A stretch of DNA of 64,000 nt from Bacteroidales bacterium (GCA_050291445.1 JBNKJW010000052.1:1430-65429); one strand, 5' to 3'; positions 28,560 to 38,936 are shown, numbered from the stretch's first letter. Numbers and translations: made by a program. The notes: generated by a model not told the origin, from the sequence alone.

Positions 28560-28567
28560 TATATTTG
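28560..28567 (+). promoter_or_regulatory. candidate -7 promoter box (TAnnTTTG)
   Basis: TATATTTG lies 57 nt upstream of the ATG at 28625. Confidence 0.25.
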
Positions 28568-28624
28568 TAAACATTGCAAAATTTCAAATAACCTTTACTA
28601 AAAGTTTACACAAAACAACAAAAC

Positions 28625-29065
28625 ATGAGAATTGCTGTAGATTTTGACGGCACCATTGTAGAACATAAATATCCCAAAATTGGCAAACTAATGCCCTTTG
28701 CTATTGAAACGCTTATTGAGCTTCAGAAGCAAGGATATGAACTTGTCTTGTGGACTTACAGGGCTGGAAAGTACCTTGACGAAGCAGTTGAATTTTGCCG
28801 GGAAAGAGGGCTTGAGTTTTATGCTGTCAATAAAAATTCGCCAGATGAGATTTTAGATGAATGTAATATTAGCAGAAAAATATACGCAGATATATATATT
28901 GATGACAGAAATATAGGCGGTTTTCCGGGCTGGAGTTACATTTGGAAATTACTTAATAAAAACGATCCTTTTAGCGCTGGGGATGATTATGAAATATTCC
29001 CACTAAAAAAAAAGGAAACCTTTTCGGGAAAAATAAAAAAAATCCTTAGTTCTATTAATTATTAA
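28625..29065 (+). CDS. small HAD-like hydrolase-fold protein
   Basis: N-terminal IAVDFDGTIVEH (DxDGT nucleophile motif), then LVLWTYR and a late IDDR acidic motif. 146 aa. Confidence 0.55.
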   Translation: MRIAVDFDGTIVEHKYPKIGKLMPFAIETLIELQKQGYELVLWTYRAGKYLDEAVEFCRERGLEFYAVNKNSPDEILDECNISRKIYADIYIDDRNIGGFPGWSYIWKLLNKNDPFSAGDDYEIFPLKKKETFSGKIKKILSSINY

Positions 29066-29082
29066 TCTTCAAAAACCTAAAT

Positions 29083-29529
29083 ATGGGAATTAACAAAGTA
29101 ATTTTAGTTGGCCACGTGGGCAAAGATCCTGAAGTTCAATATGTAAAAGAAGATGTGCCTGTAGCACGCCTTACTCTTGCAACAAGCGAAACCTATAAAG
29201 ACCGGAACTCCGGTGAAAAAAAAACCAATACCGAATGGCATAACCTTGTGGTATGGAGGGGACTGGCAAAGGTAGTAGAACAATATGTAAAAAAAGGTTC
29301 ACAACTCTACGTTGAGGGTAAACTTAGTACAAGGAGTTATGAAAAGGATGGAGTAACCAAGTATTTCACAGAGGTGGTTGTAAACAATATCGAAATGCTT
29401 GGCAGGCCTTCTGAATCAGGCGGTTCAAACACAGCATCAACTTCTACAGAAGCACCAACAAATCAAATAAACGAGTTTGATAGCAATGAAGCCAGTACTT
29501 TTGAAGAAACGGACGATCTCCCTTTTTAA
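29083..29529 (+). CDS. ssb: single-stranded DNA-binding protein
   Basis: OB-fold N-terminus MGINKVILVGHVGKDPE...TEWHNLVVWRGLA, a low-complexity linker, and the acidic tip DDLPF. Confidence 0.95.
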   Translation: MGINKVILVGHVGKDPEVQYVKEDVPVARLTLATSETYKDRNSGEKKTNTEWHNLVVWRGLAKVVEQYVKKGSQLYVEGKLSTRSYEKDGVTKYFTEVVVNNIEMLGRPSESGGSNTASTSTEAPTNQINEFDSNEASTFEETDDLPF

Positions 29530-29550
29530 TACAAAGGATAACATAATAGC

Positions 29551-29579
29551 CCGGCTTGCAAATTGCAAGCCGGTTTTTT
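29551..29579 (+). terminator. Rho-independent terminator after ssb
   Basis: CCGGCTTGCAA-A-TTGCAAGCCGG perfect stem (29551-29573) followed by T6. Confidence 0.75.
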
Positions 29580-29711
29580 CTTAAATACCCCTCAAAACAT
29601 TTAATAACTTTTACAAAAAATATGAGGGTTTTTTAAAAAAAACTTGCAATTTCGCATTCTAAAAGTTACCATCAAGTTGCTGTAACTAATGTTTAACAAA
29701 TAATTTAAACT

Positions 29712-31025
29712 TTGGAAACGGATCCTTTACCCGAATCTGTATATTTATTAGCTATTACTTTTCAAAATCTGGACACAGGAAGCCTGATTGGCTTGATTGT
29801 AGTTATCTTATTACTAATTAGCTCGGCATTAATTTCAGGATCTGAGGTTGCCTTTTTTTCACTCTCTCCTGCCAATAAAGAAAAACTTAATGAAGATAAA
29901 CAAGGGAATAGTATTAAAGTTGTTAGTTTATTAAAAAAGCCCGAAAAACTTTTAGCAACAATACTAATTACCAATAATTTTGTAAATATTGGCATTGTTA
30001 TATTGTCTACTTTTCTTACAGACAATTTGCTTGTTTTTACTAACATTGAAAATTGGATTGTTTTCACCATCAAAATTGTATTGGTAACTTTCTTATTACT
30101 CCTTTTTGGTGAAATTATTCCTAAAGTATACGCTGCCAGGTTTGCACAAAAGTTTTCGTTATTTATGGCCTATCCAGTTTACGTACTCAATCAGTTTTTC
30201 AGCCCGCTAAGTACCTTGCTTATTAGCTCCACTTCATTTGTCAATAAACGATTAGCGAAGAAAAAGCCCGACATTTCTATCAACGACCTTTCTAATGCGC
30301 TTGAGCTGACTGAAAACCAAATAAAAGACAACAAAAAAATTCTGGAAGGAATTGTAAGTTATGGCTCTACTGATGCTTGCGAAATTATGAAACCACGTGT
30401 GGATGTGATTGCAATTGATATCCAGTTAAGGTTTAGTGAATTAATTGAGAAAATAAAAAAGTACAACTATTCAAGAATACCTGTTTATGCCGAAACATTT
30501 GATAAAATAAAAGGGGTTTTATTTGTAAAAGACCTGTTACCCCATTTTCACAAGCCTACTTTTATTTGGCAATCACTTATTCGGCCAGCCTATTTTGTTC
30601 CTGAATCAAAAAAAATAAATGATTTGCTGCTTGATTTTCAAGCAAAAAAAAGCCATATGGCAATTGTTATTGATGAATATGGAGGAACAAGTGGAATAGT
30701 TACATTAGAAGATGTTTTAGAAGAAATTGTTGGCGATATTTTAGATGAATTTGAGGCCGATGATGTTTCCTATAAAAAAATTGATGACCAAAACTATATT
30801 TTTGAAGGGAAAACGCTATTAATTGATTTTTATAAGATTTTGAATTTTGATGATACGATTTTTGATGCCATAAGAGGTGAAGCAGATACTTTGGCTGGAT
30901 TGATTTTAGAAATGAAGGGTGAAATACCAAAAATTGGCTCAGAAATAAAATATGAGAACTTCACCTTTAAAATTATTGCTGCTGATAAGCGAAGAATAAA
31001 AAGCATAAAGGTCACTTTTAAGTAA
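29712..31025 (+). CDS. gldE: gliding-motility protein GldE (CNNM/DUF21 TM domain + CBS pair + CorC_HlyC)
   Basis: TTG start. N-terminal 4-TM DUF21 region, then a CBS pair and a C-terminal transporter-associated domain. The ssb-gldE-gldD order matches what I recall for Flavobacterium johnsoniae. Confidence 0.8.
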   Translation: METDPLPESVYLLAITFQNLDTGSLIGLIVVILLLISSALISGSEVAFFSLSPANKEKLNEDKQGNSIKVVSLLKKPEKLLATILITNNFVNIGIVILSTFLTDNLLVFTNIENWIVFTIKIVLVTFLLLLFGEIIPKVYAARFAQKFSLFMAYPVYVLNQFFSPLSTLLISSTSFVNKRLAKKKPDISINDLSNALELTENQIKDNKKILEGIVSYGSTDACEIMKPRVDVIAIDIQLRFSELIEKIKKYNYSRIPVYAETFDKIKGVLFVKDLLPHFHKPTFIWQSLIRPAYFVPESKKINDLLLDFQAKKSHMAIVIDEYGGTSGIVTLEDVLEEIVGDILDEFEADDVSYKKIDDQNYIFEGKTLLIDFYKILNFDDTIFDAIRGEADTLAGLILEMKGEIPKIGSEIKYENFTFKIIAADKRRIKSIKVTFK

Positions 31026-31030
31026 AAAAT

Positions 31031-31603
31031 ATGATGAAAATACAAAGCTATTTGTTTTTTGTAACTCTATTTGTTGCATTTTCATGTAACGAAACATACA
31101 CACCAAAGCCAAAAGGATATTTTAGGATTACATTCCCTGAAAAACAATACACAAAGTTTAATTCTGATGCTCCCTACACGTTTGACATTCCAAAATATAG
31201 CCAAATGGTACCTTACAAATTGGATAATGCCGAGCCATGGTGGTATGATCTGACATTTCCGGAAATGAAAGGTAAAATTCATTTAACTTATAGAAAAGTA
31301 AACAATAACATTAGCGCGTATGTTGCAGATACCCGCGAACTTGTAAATAAGCACACGATTAAAGCAGAGGCAATAGAACCAAAAATTCTGGAATATAAAG
31401 AGCGAGACGTTATTGCGGTAGTTTTTGAAATAAAAGGGAATGCAGCAACACCCTATCAGTTTTTTGCCACCGACAGCACCAGCCATTTCCTCAGGGGCTC
31501 ACTCTATTTTAGTGTCTACCCCAATAAAGATTCTTTAGCACCAGTGGTTGATTTTATAAAAAAGGACATTTACAAATTAATTGAAACTCTTGAGTGGAAG
31601 TAG
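31031..31603 (+). CDS. gldD: gliding-motility lipoprotein GldD
   Basis: Lipobox (LFVAFSC), YTPKPKGYFRI near the N-terminus, and C-terminal GNAATPYQFFATDSTSHFLRGSLYF...PNKDSLAPV. Lies 5 nt after gldE. Confidence 0.75.
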   Translation: MMKIQSYLFFVTLFVAFSCNETYTPKPKGYFRITFPEKQYTKFNSDAPYTFDIPKYSQMVPYKLDNAEPWWYDLTFPEMKGKIHLTYRKVNNNISAYVADTRELVNKHTIKAEAIEPKILEYKERDVIAVVFEIKGNAATPYQFFATDSTSHFLRGSLYFSVYPNKDSLAPVVDFIKKDIYKLIETLEWK

Positions 31604-31705
31604 CCAGACTAGATTTGTATTGAACAAAAAACAGACAGGCTTTCTAATTAAAGGTTTGCATGCTGCTTTTTTTTAATTATTTTCGCAGCTAAAAGCCAAA
31701 TATCC

Positions 31706-32356
31706 ATGCCACTTTGCTACAAAATTGATAATGATAACTTTTCTCTGGGTTTGTGGGAACTCTCAGAAAGCGAAGACGTGCTATTGGGTAAATTTGCTGC
31801 TATGGCTCCTAAAAATGAAGTTTTAAAAGCAAAACGATTTAAATATCCCGCCAGAAAGTTAGAATGGATGGCAGCAAGACTGCTGATGTACGAACTACTT
31901 AATAAAGTTATTTCAATTGAATATGATGAAAATGGCAAACCTCTAATCAATAACAGAGAGCAATGCATCAGCATTTCACACACCAAAGGAATAGTTGCTG
32001 TAATTGTCACAAACAATATGGCTGGCATAGATATCGAAATGAAAAATGAACGGGTACTTAGGATTGAAAACAAATTTATTAGTGGCCTGGAAAAAGATCA
32101 GATTACTGAAAAAAACAAAGCTGAATATCTTTTAGCTTATTGGTCGGGAAAAGAAACACTTTACAAAATACACGGAGGGAAAGGTTTGGATTTCAAGAAA
32201 AATCTTTACATCAGTCCTTTCAAATTGGAAAACAAGGGTGTGTTTACAGGTGAAATTTTCACCGACAACCAAAGTAGAGCCTATAGTTTAAATTATTTTA
32301 ATTATACTTCGCAATTTAATAACAATAATTATCTTATTGTTTATTACTACAACTAA
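31706..32356 (+). CDS. 4'-phosphopantetheinyl transferase superfamily protein
   Basis: Motifs ISISHTKG, GIDIE, and WSGKETLYK. Confidence 0.8.
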   Translation: MPLCYKIDNDNFSLGLWELSESEDVLLGKFAAMAPKNEVLKAKRFKYPARKLEWMAARLLMYELLNKVISIEYDENGKPLINNREQCISISHTKGIVAVIVTNNMAGIDIEMKNERVLRIENKFISGLEKDQITEKNKAEYLLAYWSGKETLYKIHGGKGLDFKKNLYISPFKLENKGVFTGEIFTDNQSRAYSLNYFNYTSQFNNNNYLIVYYYN

Positions 32357-32358
32357 GC

Positions 32359-33099
32359 ATGGTTAACTCAAATAGCACATCCTACCAGGAACTATTCAAG
32401 CCTGGCAAAAAAAAAATTGGTGTTTTAATCGACCCCGATAAACATTCGGAACTTTCTCTTAATGAATTAATTAGCTTGTCGGATCAGGCCAGCGTTGACT
32501 TTTTTCTTATTGGGGGCAGCCTTCTCTTTACTTCAATTGATTTTACAATAAAAAAGATAAAATCACTTACAAATACACCGTTAATTTTATTCCCGGGCAA
32601 CCTAACCCAACTTTCGGGTGAAGTAGATGCAATGATGCTGCTTAGTCTGATTTCAGGAAGAAACCCAGAATTGCTAATTGGTAATCATGTGCTGGCAGCG
32701 CCCATTATTAAAAAATTTGGTATAAAAGCCATCCCTACAGGTTATATGCTTATTGGAACCGGCAGGGCCACATCAGTTGAATATATTAGCAATACCAAAC
32801 CCATTCCATCAAACAAAACAGACATTGCTATAGCCACAGCTATTGCAGGGGAACTTTTAGGGCACCAACTTATTTACATGGATGGAGGGAGCGGTGCAGA
32901 CAGCCCTATCCCAGCTGAAATGATTATAGGTGTGAAGGAAAACATTAGTATCCCACTGATTATTGGCGGTGGACTGAAGACAAGTGAAGCCGTTAAAAAT
33001 GCATGCAAAGCCGGAGCAGATATTGTTATTGTAGGAAATGTTCTGGAAAAAGAAAAAGATTTGATTTTTGAGTTTTCTTCAATTGTTCATGGGTTTTAA
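32359..33099 (+). CDS. geranylgeranylglyceryl-phosphate synthase family protein (PcrB/GGGPS-like TIM barrel)
   Basis: GVLIDPDK, FLIGGS, LFPGN, YMDGGSGA, PLIIGGGLKT, and GADIVIVGN. Starts 2 nt after the PPTase stop. Confidence 0.8.
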   Translation: MVNSNSTSYQELFKPGKKKIGVLIDPDKHSELSLNELISLSDQASVDFFLIGGSLLFTSIDFTIKKIKSLTNTPLILFPGNLTQLSGEVDAMMLLSLISGRNPELLIGNHVLAAPIIKKFGIKAIPTGYMLIGTGRATSVEYISNTKPIPSNKTDIAIATAIAGELLGHQLIYMDGGSGADSPIPAEMIIGVKENISIPLIIGGGLKTSEAVKNACKAGADIVIVGNVLEKEKDLIFEFSSIVHGF

Positions 33100-33175
33100 C
33101 CCTTCAACAGGTGTTACAATGAACTTGTGGAACAGCTAAGAGGGACGGGTTAAGGTCAAAATTAAGGTTGAGGAA

Positions 33176-33910
33176 TTATTTGTGTAAGCCAATTTCAAGA
33201 CCAACATTTAAACGGGGAAAGAAATAGTCGCCAACTTCATCCCTAAACTCCTGGGTCAATAATTCATTCATTCTGTATGAGGCAGTTAAAACAAAACGGT
33301 TTAGGCCAATTCGTCCTCTGAAACCATAATGGAATTTTTCCACATAATCCAGATCAGATAAAATAACCCTTTGACTGCCGGCCTGAGAAGGTTGCGCATT
33401 TTTGTCAATTTTATCCTGATACATATGCTTTACTCTAAACGACCAATTATAATAAGCACCTATATCAACAAAGCGACCAATAACATTCCCCCTTTTTCCA
33501 AAGTTGAACCGTAAAAAAACATCCGGCCCCAAGTTGTTATAACGCAGCTTTTCTTTATCGTGATGTATATTGTTTGGCACCATTTTTTCATCATTCTGCA
33601 ATAGGTTAAATACATCGTTAGTATAATTTATGCCCGCGCCAATGGCAAACCACTTGGTTAATTTATATTTATAACGCCAGCCTACCGAAAACATAGTTGA
33701 AGAACCGGGTTTGGTTTCTATTTCATTATCTTCATTGCCAGGGATATAAACTGCCAACCCAAGATACAAGTGTGTGAAGTGTCTGAAATTTGGTCCTCTT
33801 TTAGGCATTTTAAAATCGTAATCACTAATTTTTTCGTGCAATAAAACTGTTTGTCCTTGAATAAAATTGCAAACAACTACAAGCAGAAATAAAAACAAAT
33901 ATCTTTTCAC
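33176..33910 (-). CDS. outer-membrane beta-barrel protein (porin-family)
   Basis: Signal peptide, alternating aromatic/glycine beta-strands, and C-terminal ...LNVGLEIGLHK. Confidence 0.6.
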   Translation of the reverse strand: MKRYLFLFLLVVVCNFIQGQTVLLHEKISDYDFKMPKRGPNFRHFTHLYLGLAVYIPGNEDNEIETKPGSSTMFSVGWRYKYKLTKWFAIGAGINYTNDVFNLLQNDEKMVPNNIHHDKEKLRYNNLGPDVFLRFNFGKRGNVIGRFVDIGAYYNWSFRVKHMYQDKIDKNAQPSQAGSQRVILSDLDYVEKFHYGFRGRIGLNRFVLTASYRMNELLTQEFRDEVGDYFFPRLNVGLEIGLHK

Positions 33911-33935
33911 AAGTTTTTGATTTTAGGTTTAAAAA

Positions 33936-35534
33936 CTATTTAAGTTGAATACTATTTGTAAAACCCTTATAATGAGCACGTAACACTCTTCCGCCAGGAT
34001 ATTCGTTTCTTACAATAGCCGCTGCTGTTTTTTTATAAACATCAATTAACCAGTAATCATCTAAATATCCTTCATTGTTTTCAATGTGATAAAACAAATA
34101 ATTAGTGCTTTGAAAATAGTTTTTATCGATAAACTCTTTCTTTATCTCTATGAAAATAGTATCACCTGTCTCAATAAATTCAAAAGTGGGTTCTATATTC
34201 TGATAAACACCGGTATCTACAAAATACGAAGCCTGTGGCACTCCATAACCATGCGCATAATCAAAATAAGGGAACAAATGTGCTGACTCTGTTATTTTCT
34301 CAAAAAGCTGCATATTGGTCAGATAATTCATTTTTTGCCAGGCACAGGCCGCAAAACCAGTTATAAATGGCGCTGCAAAAGATGTCCCTTTCACTTTCTC
34401 TAATTTTGTCTTGCCAGCCACAATTGCACGTCCAAAAGCAACCACATTTGGCTTTAGCCGATAATCAGCAGTTGGCCCATAAGAACTAAATCCTGCGTGA
34501 AAATCAGTTAGGGGACTAATGGCACCAACGCTTAAAACACTATCGGCATCAGCTGGTGTGGCCATTATTTTCCAATCATGGTTGCCATCATTGCCCATTG
34601 CATTAACAACCAACATACCTTTGTTAGCCGCCATGTTTGCGGCCATTGCTACCAGGCTGGTATGGCCATTCATTTCAAAGGTATTGTATCGCTCGTAAGT
34701 ATATGCTAATGAACTATTTATGATATCAGCGCCATTTTTATCTGCCCATTCCATTGCTTCCAACCAGTATTCTTCTTCCACCATGCTTTCCCGCTCAATT
34801 TCGGTTCTGGCAAGCAGAAACTCAGCATCGGTAGCCAGGCCAAGGTTTTTGTCATTAATTCTGCCGGCAATGCACGATAGCACCATGGTTCCATGGGGGT
34901 TGTTTGCATAAACAAAGGGCTTCTTTCGTGCAAAATCCCAGGTTTGTTTTATTCGGTTGTTTTTTCTTAGGTGTTCAAAAACTGGAATTTTATCTACTCC
35001 CGGGAAACCTGCATCAAAAACAGCAATGGTAACCCCTTTTCCTGTGTACCCATTTTTCGTAAAAAGGCTTCCCTGCATCCTTTCCAACTGCTCGCTCCAA
35101 AGCTTTTGCTCATCTTCTCTTAAAACCGTATCGTAAACTGCTGCAACAACAAAATTGGATTTTAGAAAGGCTGCAACCTTCTTTACAAAAGGTAATTGCT
35201 TAATTTTTTCTAATTGAAACTCATCTGCAGTTACCGAAACAGCATTAAACCACCTTAATTGACAATTTACTTGTTCAGACAACTTAGCAACTTCATCAAC
35301 ATAACGACTGTTTAATGGGAAATCAGTTGAATCAATAAGTGGTATTGCTGATTTAACTCTTCGCTCAATAGCTTTTTTATCAAAATAGCTATAAGGATCA
35401 AATACCACCTCCTTTTTATCAGTAAAAAACACCCAGTAGCGATTTTGGGCAGTTGTTTTTGCTGTAAAAAAAGAGAAACAAACAATAATTAATAAGAATC
35501 TCAAGAAATTATTATGGTGTAAAATGCGAAACAT
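33936..35534 (-). CDS. S8-family (subtilisin-like) serine peptidase
   Basis: Catalytic triad contexts VTIAVFDAGF (Asp), NPHGTMV (His), GTSFAAP (Ser). Start moved to MFRILHHNNFLRFLLIIVCFSFF (signal peptide); the track start is 35588. Confidence 0.85.
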   Translation of the reverse strand: MFRILHHNNFLRFLLIIVCFSFFTAKTTAQNRYWVFFTDKKEVVFDPYSYFDKKAIERRVKSAIPLIDSTDFPLNSRYVDEVAKLSEQVNCQLRWFNAVSVTADEFQLEKIKQLPFVKKVAAFLKSNFVVAAVYDTVLREDEQKLWSEQLERMQGSLFTKNGYTGKGVTIAVFDAGFPGVDKIPVFEHLRKNNRIKQTWDFARKKPFVYANNPHGTMVLSCIAGRINDKNLGLATDAEFLLARTEIERESMVEEEYWLEAMEWADKNGADIINSSLAYTYERYNTFEMNGHTSLVAMAANMAANKGMLVVNAMGNDGNHDWKIMATPADADSVLSVGAISPLTDFHAGFSSYGPTADYRLKPNVVAFGRAIVAGKTKLEKVKGTSFAAPFITGFAACAWQKMNYLTNMQLFEKITESAHLFPYFDYAHGYGVPQASYFVDTGVYQNIEPTFEFIETGDTIFIEIKKEFIDKNYFQSTNYLFYHIENNEGYLDDYWLIDVYKKTAAAIVRNEYPGGRVLRAHYKGFTNSIQLK

Positions 35535-35883
35535 CAACTTTATTATCCAAGTGTTTAAATTATAGTTAAGTTGCTGAAAATTAAACAAGCCCTATCTACT
35601 GAGCAATTAAATTTCTTACAAAAATCCCTCTATGAGGGTTTCAATAAGTTTTAGCAAAGATAATAAAGTTTGTAACTTGGAAATTAGAAATTTCAAATTT
35701 GAACCCAGAAAGTTATTGAATAAAAGGCTGTTTGAAAAGCACCAAAGGAAGGTTATTGCGACAAGAATCAAGTCGGCAGCCTCTCAACATATGGGATATT
35801 ATAAGCTAAAAGCCCCTTTGTTTCGTTAGGAATGACTGCTTTTGGAAGACAGCCCATTGAGCAAACTGAAACGAATCGCTCCT

Positions 35884-36273
35884 CTACTTTAAATTAACGC
35901 TCAATTCCAATTCTAAAAAATAGTAATTCACAGCTGAAATTTGGTAAATGTCGTTTAACAGAGCGCTTTCATCTATATAAGAATTTTTGTCGTTATAAAC
36001 TTCGACAACAGTTGTTCCGTTTTTATTAATTCTCACATACCAGATGCTGTTATCATCCTTTGGATAATATGCATCAGGTAAGCTCCACGAAATAGTAGCT
36101 GGATTATGATGCATCGTAATCAGGCGGAACAAAAACTCCACACCTGAAATCACCTACAAGTATATCGTTGTATCCTCTTAATTCATCCTGTGGAGGTACA
36201 CCTGGTTCGCTTTTTTCTTTATCGCATGAATAAACACATGAAATAAATACAAGACCGATTAATAAATTTTCAT
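35884..36273 (-). pseudogene. probable frameshifted small lipoprotein gene
   Basis: The ATG at 36273 gives MKIY*. The +2 frame then reads ..LLIGLVFISCVYSCDKEKSEPGVPPQDELRGYNDILVGDFRCGVFVPPDYDAS* (signal plus lipobox), and a third frame carries the 89-aa ORF (..HHNPATISWSLPDAYYPKDDNSIWYVRINKNGTT..). Two shifts are needed to join them; sequencing error cannot be excluded. Confidence 0.35.
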
Positions 36274-36298
36274 GGATCAGTTTTTTTTAAGGTTCACA

Positions 36299-36451
36299 CT
36301 AGTGTTAAGTCACATCTTAAATGACGGTTGCAATTATCCGCTTAGCGGGTTCTTGAGTTGTGTAATTAGCTTATTTTTAATGCTTAGCATTTTATAATCA
36401 GACCCGCTTAGCGGTTTTTATACCATCAAAATATCATTGATATAACAATAG
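36299..36451 (+). repeat. MITE/REP-like element, A-module copy
   Basis: Starts CTAGTGTTAAGTCA (same left terminus as the X copies). The interior carries three small GCTTAGC-centred hairpins (36338-36348, 36379-36391, 36404-36414). By hand alignment about 115 of 120 nt are identical to the reverse complement of 56899-57020. Confidence 0.7.
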
Positions 36452-36630
36452 ATATGATCGCTTAAAAACAACTTTCCCTATGCACAATTCATTATCTTTC
36501 TCTTAAAATACACCTTTTACACTGTGTGGTCGAAACTCATTATTGCACCTTGCATACATAATAGTAAAAAAACACTTAATTGCCTTTTTTATAATTGCTG
36601 CAAAGTTATCAACGCGAAATGCTTCTGACT

Positions 36631-38280
36631 CTATTCACTATCCACCAGCCCCTTAATCAATTTTCCTGTTGCCCCGCTCGGATAAGAAATGTTTAAAAAA
36701 TGGCATAATGTGGGTGCAATATCTTTCATATGAATAGGTTCAAGAATTTCCGTGTGCTTTATTTTCCAACCATAAAATAGTAACGGAACATGCGCATCAT
36801 AACGATATGGTGAACTCTGTTGGATAGCTCCTTTTGAATTATACCTTCTTTTTTCAATCCAGCCAGGTTTAAGGTTTATCATAATATCACCAGAGCGCAC
36901 TAAACTGTAGCTATTCTGAAACTTACGCATGTTTCCTTCGGTAAAATTATTGGTTTGTAATACCGTGCCAGTTGTTGCATTAGCCACCCCCTCGAACTCA
37001 CTTATAAACTGGGCTGCTTTTAATTGCACTTCGGCCAGCGATAGTTTTGCAGCATCAACCAACAACTGGTTCAAGTAAATTTGTTTGTCAGAATAGTATT
37101 TCACCCAGCCACTGCGCCCGTATAAAGCTTTTAAATAACTATTGAGCAGAAAAATGGCCTTTCGCGAATCAAATTCACCCGATGGAACACCTATATCCTT
37201 ATTAAAATCCGGATTATCTGCAACCCCTTTGTCACTGGTTAAAACAACAATCGCATTTTCTTTTCCTACCCGATTGTCAACTACATTAAGTAAATGGGCA
37301 ATCTCCCTGTCTAATCGTAAATATACATCCTCTAATTCAACCGAACGTACACCAAAAAGATCAGTAACATAACCCGTTGTAGCAAAAGAAATTGTAAGTA
37401 GGTCGGGATGTTCATCTTTCCCCAATTCTTCAAAAATAATTGCGGCAACTGCTAAACTTGCTGTGTAAGAGTTGCCATAAGGGGTGTACTTTATTACTTT
37501 TTCTCCCTCTGTTAAGCTTAAGAGCTTAAGATTATAGGGGAAAGTTCTTTGATGATTACTAAAACCTGTTTCATACGAATTGTTATCGGCTAAACTTTGC
37601 TGATAACTTGCAATTGGATTAAGCGTGTTCCACTCACGTGACAAATACAAGGGAACCAATTCTTTTTTATTAAAATCGCGCACCCAACCTGGCAATGAAT
37701 CCATGTAGTAGGCACTACTAACCCAATCTGCTGTGTTTTCATCCATCCAGTAGGCCGCATTTGCAAGGTACCCACCAGATAACACTGAGGCATAGTTTTT
37801 TATCGAAATACTAATTACCTTGGATCTTTTAAAATTGGAAGCTCTCAACTCATCTCCAAGGGTTGATCCTATAATTTGTTTAGGCGAATATTTATTTCTA
37901 TCGAACGTTTCAATAGTACTATCCAGCTTTTGATCATCCACACAAAACTGAGTTTTGTTTCTAAGCCTCACATACCAGTCATTTGAAACAATACCATGTT
38001 CAGAAGGATTAGAGCCAGTTGTAATGGTAGTATACCCAGGTGCGGATTCTGTCACCATGTAATCATAATAAGCATCCATACAAAATGCACCTTCATTTAT
38101 CAACCTTTTGAAGCCATTATTTGAAAACCTGTCCCAATATCGTTGGATAATATCATAGCGCATTTGTTCAACCACCACCTGAATAACTAATTTTGGCTTT
38201 TGGGGAATGTCTTTTTGTTGAGCATATCCGTTATTGAAATAAAAAATAGCAAGAAGAATAAGTGATAATTTTTTGAACAT
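36631..38280 (-). CDS. alkaline phosphatase family protein (PafA-like / nucleotide pyrophosphatase-phosphodiesterase fold)
   Basis: The signal peptide is followed by KLVIQVVVEQMRYDIIQRYWDRF, which resembles the PafA-type N-terminal metal-site block. Length about 550 aa. Start set at MFKKLSLILLAIF. Confidence 0.75.
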   Translation of the reverse strand: MFKKLSLILLAIFYFNNGYAQQKDIPQKPKLVIQVVVEQMRYDIIQRYWDRFSNNGFKRLINEGAFCMDAYYDYMVTESAPGYTTITTGSNPSEHGIVSNDWYVRLRNKTQFCVDDQKLDSTIETFDRNKYSPKQIIGSTLGDELRASNFKRSKVISISIKNYASVLSGGYLANAAYWMDENTADWVSSAYYMDSLPGWVRDFNKKELVPLYLSREWNTLNPIASYQQSLADNNSYETGFSNHQRTFPYNLKLLSLTEGEKVIKYTPYGNSYTASLAVAAIIFEELGKDEHPDLLTISFATTGYVTDLFGVRSVELEDVYLRLDREIAHLLNVVDNRVGKENAIVVLTSDKGVADNPDFNKDIGVPSGEFDSRKAIFLLNSYLKALYGRSGWVKYYSDKQIYLNQLLVDAAKLSLAEVQLKAAQFISEFEGVANATTGTVLQTNNFTEGNMRKFQNSYSLVRSGDIMINLKPGWIEKRRYNSKGAIQQSSPYRYDAHVPLLFYGWKIKHTEILEPIHMKDIAPTLCHFLNISYPSGATGKLIKGLVDSE

Positions 38281-38477
38281 ATTTCCTTTTTCATTTAAGA
38301 GGCACAAATATAGCTGAATTTGTATTTAAATTGGTAAGTAAAAACAAACAATATCGTAAAACAAGCCCCCAATAACTTTAGATTAACTTCACAATCAGAA
38401 ATTTACCTAATCGTGGTTATTAACAGTCATTTTTTCAGTTTGGGAAAAAATATTTTATAAGAATCAAAAAAAAACAT

Positions 38478-38485
38478 TACATTTG
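38478..38485 (+). promoter_or_regulatory. candidate -7 promoter box (TAnnTTTG)
   Basis: TACATTTG lies 44 nt upstream of the ATG at 38530. Confidence 0.3.
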
Positions 38486-38529
38486 GTTTTAATTTATAAA
38501 TTATCTAACCCGAGCAAATTTTTTAGACT

Positions 38530-38919
38530 ATGGAAAATAATGAAGAAAAAACTGTAAATGAAAACACTGGTGCAGTAAATGCGCAAGATGACAAATTAAT
38601 TGGTATTTTAAGCTATCTAGGTCTTTTATGGATTGTTGCATTCATTTTATATGGAAACAAAAAAACTGAATACAACAAGTTTCATGTAAAAGAAGGACTT
38701 GGACTTCTTATTTTTGGGGTAGCCTTATATATCCTTAGCTTTATTATTAATTACATTCCAATTATTAACCTAATCTGGGGTATTTTGATGATATTTGTTT
38801 ATATTTTCATGTTGGTAGTAATGATAATTGGAATTATTAATGCTGCTAATGGTGCTCAAAAACCATTACCTTTAATTAGCAAATTAATTACAGAGAAATT
38901 TCTTGCTAACTTTGGGTAG
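38530..38919 (+). CDS. small membrane protein (DUF4870-like)
   Basis: The stretch LIGILSYLGLLWIVAFILYGNKKTEYNKFHVKEGLGLLIFG plus two more TM helices fits the DUF4870-type pattern. Confidence 0.6.
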   Translation: MENNEEKTVNENTGAVNAQDDKLIGILSYLGLLWIVAFILYGNKKTEYNKFHVKEGLGLLIFGVALYILSFIINYIPIINLIWGILMIFVYIFMLVVMIIGIINAANGAQKPLPLISKLITEKFLANFG

Positions 38920-38936
38920 TTAGCCTTAATTATACA

